Part shown: piece by piece, positions 60,001-64,000 of the stretch
How positions within the stretch are numbered: the first letter of the stretch is position 1
Layout: every line of letters begins with the position of its first letter
From: Babesia bigemina
Taxonomy: Eukaryota
Length of the DNA: 64,000 bases
Assembly (NCBI RefSeq): GCF_000981445.1
Contig: NC_027218.1
Location: forward strand, 2,914,001-2,978,000
Reading direction: 5' to 3'
Made by a program: the position numbers and the translations under genes
Notes under the pieces: model-generated
Databases searched by the model: none
What the model saw: only the letters and a program-made list of their open reading frames with translations
What the model was told of the DNA's origin: nothing

Positions 60001-61649
60001 CGGACCCCAACCTTGGACGTCGCATGCCACCGTTGCCAACCTCGAAACCCACTGTGCAACAGGATCACACTTCAATTAAGTCCCCAATCACACCCGCACT
60101 GGGCAACCATGACATGGATAGCTTAACAAACATCACCATTAGCGATATCGAAAGTACACCAAAGACCGTTGCACAAGTTTCGCCATGGTATGCGATGGCA
60201 GCAGGCTACCCACTAAATCCGCCCAAAACTTTGAGTAAATCAGCCATTCATCTACTTCCGGCGCCGATACCGTCAATGAATCCTATTCGTATGAAGCCAA
60301 CAGGCATTGGCATGCCTGAATATAAGCATCCTCCCCTCATTCCCCACGCCCCTGTTATCACCGACACATTTGATGACCCATCAATGGACAAATTCTTGTC
60401 GGCCCCCAGCATCAGTATGACGCTTCCTTTGAGATCCGATGTAGATATCCCCGCAGTCCAACATATTACGCCGCCAACGCCACCAATGCCGGATTTTAAT
60501 GGAACAATCGTTCCCGATTCAAACCTTGATTCCAATATTCCCAAGGTCTATTTGGAACATCCACCGCCAATACGTTTTGAAATGGAAAAAGCGTACAAAC
60601 AACGCAAAACTTCAGACCCATTTGAGATTGACATCCACGTCCCAAAACTAAAATTGCCAGACAACGATCTCGACTTTGAGTTGGATTTTGATGATGACTC
60701 AACGCATATTGAAACTGAGACACTGCGTGACCCTGTATATCCACCATTCCCTGCAGTCTCATTCAACATCGCGCCTCCAGACGTCGAGCAGTCTATGCCG
60801 CCACCCCAAGACTTCGATCCAGAAAAAATCCACCGTCCGGAACTAAAAATGTGTATCTCTTCCTGGACTACCTCAACACCGACACCTGACTCCACCGACA
60901 TCCCCGAAACAGAGCTGCTCCCCGCCCAGGCCCCTCGCACTGTCCGGGAGATGCTCACTTGGCTGGCAGGGCTTAGGAATGAAAAGCATCATGGCACACT
61001 CAGACAATGTATTAACAAGGCATTTAGCGGCTTGTATAGTGATCCTTCACAGCTTGCACTCTCAATCAACGGTTCATACGTCCGACCCACAGATGTATTC
61101 GACATACTCCAACTTACCGCCATGTTTGCAGCTTCAGTACTTACATCCATTGCGCCTAAGTGGAGAGCAAATGCGTCATCCAAAACTGTAAAGCCTAACT
61201 CTTCCACCCAATCTGATGAGCCTGATTGCTGCACCCTCCTCTGCCAGCTGCGTGACTACGCCTACGCCGCCCACCACCAGTTGGAGTTCCTGAAGGCGCA
61301 GTGTAATAGAGGAAAGTCACATGGTGGGTGGAAGCATCATCACTATGGCAGTGAGACCAAGAAGCCATCTTCCCTCCAGGCGTTCCTGACTGACGGCTGG
61401 GACTCCGACTTCGAGACTCACCCCTTCGACCCGTGCAACCTCTGCCACAAGAGCAGGGTCAGGATGGGATTCAAACACAAGGATTTGTTTAGGACATCGC
61501 AACTGGGTAGTGTCATTTCCACCATCCTCACTCCCAGCTGCGGCGGTGAGGAGCATGATGCGCGGCTCGACACAATGGTAATAATCGCTATAAGCAGTAA
61601 CGTGTTACCTCATGATATGTTGTGCAGCCGTGATTATTCGGAGTATTAG
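57069..61649 (+). CDS. Large ves-related protein, paralog of 42191-47581, truncated before the TM and tail
   Basis: HGVKLETLKDCLQFLEWL, LDFELDFDDDSTHI and VREMLTWLAGLRNEKHHGTL. Homology ends at SCGG (~61550). Confidence 0.8.
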   Translation: MAAKRTSSVTEHGVKLETLKDCLQFLEWLRDTKRSGARTQLAGRLARLLNNKYNNVDRQRIEDALFQFLNEVSKFHHKLCKKADQGTHKPQTTKPALNALLECIPKVLAVMYYLRYHVDKGFAAMGGGDWADDMIGQVEMLARVMPSGSLMKHATNIEKYLITPNGDKYGVIPGGFEPSDLKPNTGGGYSVGSAMAADLGNLLDKNRYKENLFLDVYSTTVVGNKGTDTPNIANALRLVRDFCRIFAEVEDEDDFKSHLYTKEKCINYNQLKSHCAQLKDPLEKIFKGERFSFTGYGRLFKDLNKQNVAKKMASWFRTNLDDVLSKLTLIKSISSLKGINSRSFQKGKISSVEHAKALANYFNENFFRYGFTFYGHDFNKWSNTYEVLKTDWDGVIGVMKDKSEGLEELVQILNGEVCKLQDREETQKGKEQGTEDKNEDEKDEDEESEDEEDAPLDDKDSPPVKTEATKTEAAKPTAPKVDGTPNQGTKAEGAQNQGKKAEGAQNQGKKTEGGQNQNNGYSEEKPGSSLVAQTPQPHTSSVQNPDPGSSGAPSTGGGQGQDGQAGYDVSGQPSHHVAQAGAGDTNAASDTDSVSGGGAAGRAKGAGDTRIVYPELDERLKVYKTILKEKRDRDEKNIETILNKFNENLEQIEQKKIQQQMENNLQRQLFANLRSADLHRNQNVPGYTGGRVDSGRNYYDPRGNQGRREMQPISALDGHVAVNPPPDPNFSSSSIPVSSAIGHPLPDRLRASRLNEDLVKTNEARRRIYARNEFQRRNSEFIGAPATDSRGIPKSIPRKVLDYNGIPTGNAINQPASPVETAKHATNRIPFTDVPEVISQSIPDPNRRNHLPPLPPYANREPLAATTKPNPITNLQIEDQTVAHIPDVLGAALADPLRTIPQVKIPADIRNVYPSVLQFTGVPIPYPKKDSPAPPLPNAKLPKMSAVATTTKIPHEVIPVFLGDFNPLVSEASGQHISDPNLGRRMPPLPTSKPTVQQDHTSIKSPITPALGNHDMDSLTNITISDIESTPKTVAQVSPWYAMAAGYPLNPPKTLSKSAIHLLPAPIPSMNPIRMKPTGIGMPEYKHPPLIPHAPVITDTFDDPSMDKFLSAPSISMTLPLRSDVDIPAVQHITPPTPPMPDFNGTIVPDSNLDSNIPKVYLEHPPPIRFEMEKAYKQRKTSDPFEIDIHVPKLKLPDNDLDFELDFDDDSTHIETETLRDPVYPPFPAVSFNIAPPDVEQSMPPPQDFDPEKIHRPELKMCISSWTTSTPTPDSTDIPETELLPAQAPRTVREMLTWLAGLRNEKHHGTLRQCINKAFSGLYSDPSQLALSINGSYVRPTDVFDILQLTAMFAASVLTSIAPKWRANASSKTVKPNSSTQSDEPDCCTLLCQLRDYAYAAHHQLEFLKAQCNRGKSHGGWKHHHYGSETKKPSSLQAFLTDGWDSDFETHPFDPCNLCHKSRVRMGFKHKDLFRTSQLGSVISTILTPSCGGEEHDARLDTMVIIAISSNVLPHDMLCSRDYSEY
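58524..58619 (+). repeat. 30-nt coding tandem repeat, ~3 copies (NQGKKAEGAQ)
   Basis: AACCAGGGCACGAAAGCTGAGGGCGCACAG / AACCAAGGCAAGAAAGCGGAGGGAGCACAG / AACCAGGGCAAGAAGACGGAGGGAGGGCAA. Confidence 0.9.
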
Positions 61650-61848
61650 CGCATAACTTACAATGTCATGGTCACCGTCGAAACTATTAAGCTGTGACAA
61701 CTCCGTACTCCGGCCAATGGTTACCTAGGGTGACCCAGACAAGTATATGTGAAGTAATAATGTTAGACATCGGACTACATAATCACATTAAGATCAAGTG
61801 TGGCATGGCTACACCAAGGCTATGTGGGCTCTGTGAGCTTACGAGATA

Positions 61849-62079
61849 TCAGTGTAGTGAGGGCTTAGTGTCAGCGAACTCATCGTATAGTTGATCCAAA
61901 ACTGTCATTAGGCTTTGGTTGTGGACTTTTGCGCAAATATGGAGGACCAAGAAAACGAGTCCCGAGAAACCAATAATTGCTGCAAGAGCAATGGCAATGT
62001 AAGCCATCACACAGAGACCCACGCAAGGTGCCCCCTCATGATTATTACCACATACTCGTTTACACCACGAATTAGCCAT
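61849..62079 (-). CDS. Very small single-TM protein with a short Cys-containing N-terminus (probable family member 7)
   Basis: MANSWCKRVCGNNHEGAPCVGLC, then TM YIAIALAAIIGFSGLVFLVL. It has the same 5'-UTR micro-intron layout as other members and a GTGAGCTGC motif shared with member 2. Confidence 0.55.
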   Translation of the reverse strand: MANSWCKRVCGNNHEGAPCVGLCVMAYIAIALAAIIGFSGLVFLVLHICAKVHNQSLMTVLDQLYDEFADTKPSLH

Positions 62080-64000
62080 GTTTACAAGCAGCTCACTCGC
62101 CAACGATCCCTAAACAGCATGAACAACGCACCTTAAACCTCGATCATCCTCAACCAACTGAATATACAGAATGCCCATACCCCCACTCCTACTATGCCAT
62201 CCACATTGTGCTGGGGCAACCAGGTTCCAACATCTCACGACGCTGACACGTTATGACAATCCAATACCGCCGCATGTGGCAAGGCGCATGCTAATAACCA
62301 AGTGACACTTCCATCCCAGCAACCCATCGTCTCCCCTCCAGGCGTATAAGCAGACTTATCGATCGGCAACGTACTTGCAAAGTTTCATAATCTCAATCAT
62401 TAGCACTCGTACGGTTTCACAACTAAACCTCCACTTCCCTTTGGAACACTTTAGAATTTGTGCTTGTATTAAATAATTCGCACAGCTCAACTTCAACTTG
62501 AAAGTGCCGTTAACATGCGTCCCTACATTCTGCATACCAGCTCTACGCCAATCCATCCAGCTGCGTTTGTCTCCTCCGGTACAACGACGCCTTCGAAGCG
62601 TTGAGGAGTGAGAGGCATGTCGCTTCTCCCCAGCCTACCCTGCTCCACCCTCCTCCGGAGAATGTCATGGCATTGGTAGTTGCATCCGGCATCACCCGCT
62701 GGTGGCCTAGTCTGTCTTATGACCGGGTACCGCTAGATTCGGCTTGCATGCTATCAGTACGCCTGTCCAACAGCACCATAGCTTGTACTCTCCCCTTCAC
62801 GTCGCGGCTCTATTTCGCCTCCATGATGAAGTCCACCTGTAACGCCAACCTGTTCACGTGGTACGGCGTACTAATCGTTTTCCCCTGGGGATGTAAAATA
62901 CAGGGATCGCTCCTCGGTATTGGCTATGGGGCGGTCCCGTTGTCCGGCCTCTCCGCTTTCTTTCCACACGTAGGGCCATCTCCACTCCTTCGAGGGCGTC
63001 TGCGGAAACTTGTGCTTTCAACACATATTGAAATTGCGTTTGCGTTGTTTTAACGTATCGTATTGCGTACTGACCCTGACCTAGTTGACGTATCCATCCA
63101 CCCGAGGTCACCATGTCATCTTCACCTAAGCCGTGCCGAAATACATATGACAGATAGGAACATGACATTTTTTGCTTCTGATATGTTCTGATTGTGTGTT
63201 TCGAGTCACAAAATATGGTACATAATAAGTCGTGGATGATATAACTCCGTACTGACACGGAGTTGACTGTTGCAGCGATGAGGAACGTGACGTAACAGTG
63301 GCAAAGCACGGTGTAAATCTTCACCCCCTTCGCTATGAGTAGGGGAGACACTTTGATGTTTAACCATGGTGACATTGCTGCAGTTGAGCTCGCCAACAAT
63401 AGAACTGATATGTGGCTGGGTCCCACCAAGCTGCCCAGCCACATGCTACGGAACCATTTGGTGAGTTTATAAAATGTGGCAAACTTGTGCCAATGGCATT
63501 CAAATAGATTAAAACTCTGAATTCTTGGGCATATAATCATAATTTTACTCGAAATATGTGGCAATGGTTTGGTGCATTCCAGACTTCACCCCGCCGAAAT
63601 CCTCCCTTCACTAAGCAACGTAGATACCAAACGCAGTAATACGGTGGAGATGCGTGTTGATCTAATTATACTGGTCATAGAAACCTTTAGGATGCGTGAG
63701 TTTGTGTGTCACGTGAACCTAACCAAGCCGGTGCGATACTGTGGATTGTAAATGTGATGGGTCATTCAGGTTGCCGTCTGACCACCTGCAGTGCCAGGTG
63801 AGATAGTGGCACATACGCAAGGTACTTGAGTTGTATAAGACGGCGATTTGTAATTTGTACAGGCTACGGGTTGGGTACTGATTGTCGAGATGGTGAGTGA
63901 TGCCGGGGCATTTCCTACGTGATGGCAAATGGATGGTGAGGATAAGTGGCATTGATGGTAACAGAGTAACTGATAAGCATGCTAGCCGAGCAATGGGGTA

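Noticed and set aside
61788..61801. TAAGATCAAGTGT resembling U2 snRNA
   Set aside because: The match does not extend into the GTAGTA branch-pairing motif or the U2 5' stem.
1..64000. CRISPR arrays, rRNA genes, intact transposons or prokaryotic systems
   Set aside because: None seen. The sequence is intron-containing eukaryotic DNA.

Overview
Eukaryotic nuclear DNA from a piroplasm. I infer a Babesia of the B. bigemina/B. ovata type from the ~30-45 nt GT-AG introns and the ves-like genes. The window has two parts. (1) 1-33.5 kb is a gene-dense, GC-rich housekeeping block: an FG-motif protein (5' end outside the window), DCP1, a P-loop protein, PIG-A/GPI3, ERCC8/CSA-like WD40, RPN6, TAF9, Derlin, RMND1/DUF155, a 2xRRM protein, USP14/UBP6, CD2BP2/LIN1, MetAP1, a calmodulin-like protein, RPL26, two tRNA-Leu genes (both with a genome-encoded CCA), and a RAD16-like helicase with extra zf-PARP and SAP motifs. 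(2) 33.5-64 kb is a gene-sparse variant-antigen-type locus with three very large ves/VESA1-related genes: one intact, one split by a 1-nt frameshift in a C run, and one truncated before its TM. These are interleaved with up to seven small genes for Cys-rich, signal-peptide-less, single-TM proteins. Five of the small proteins share a CxCCx[WL]C motif, three share a ~380-nt upstream module with a perfect 15-mer, and four have a 22-23 nt candidate 5'-UTR micro-intron. This family and its pairing with the large ves-like genes is the best candidate for an undescribed system. Exon boundaries were read by eye and no database searches were run.
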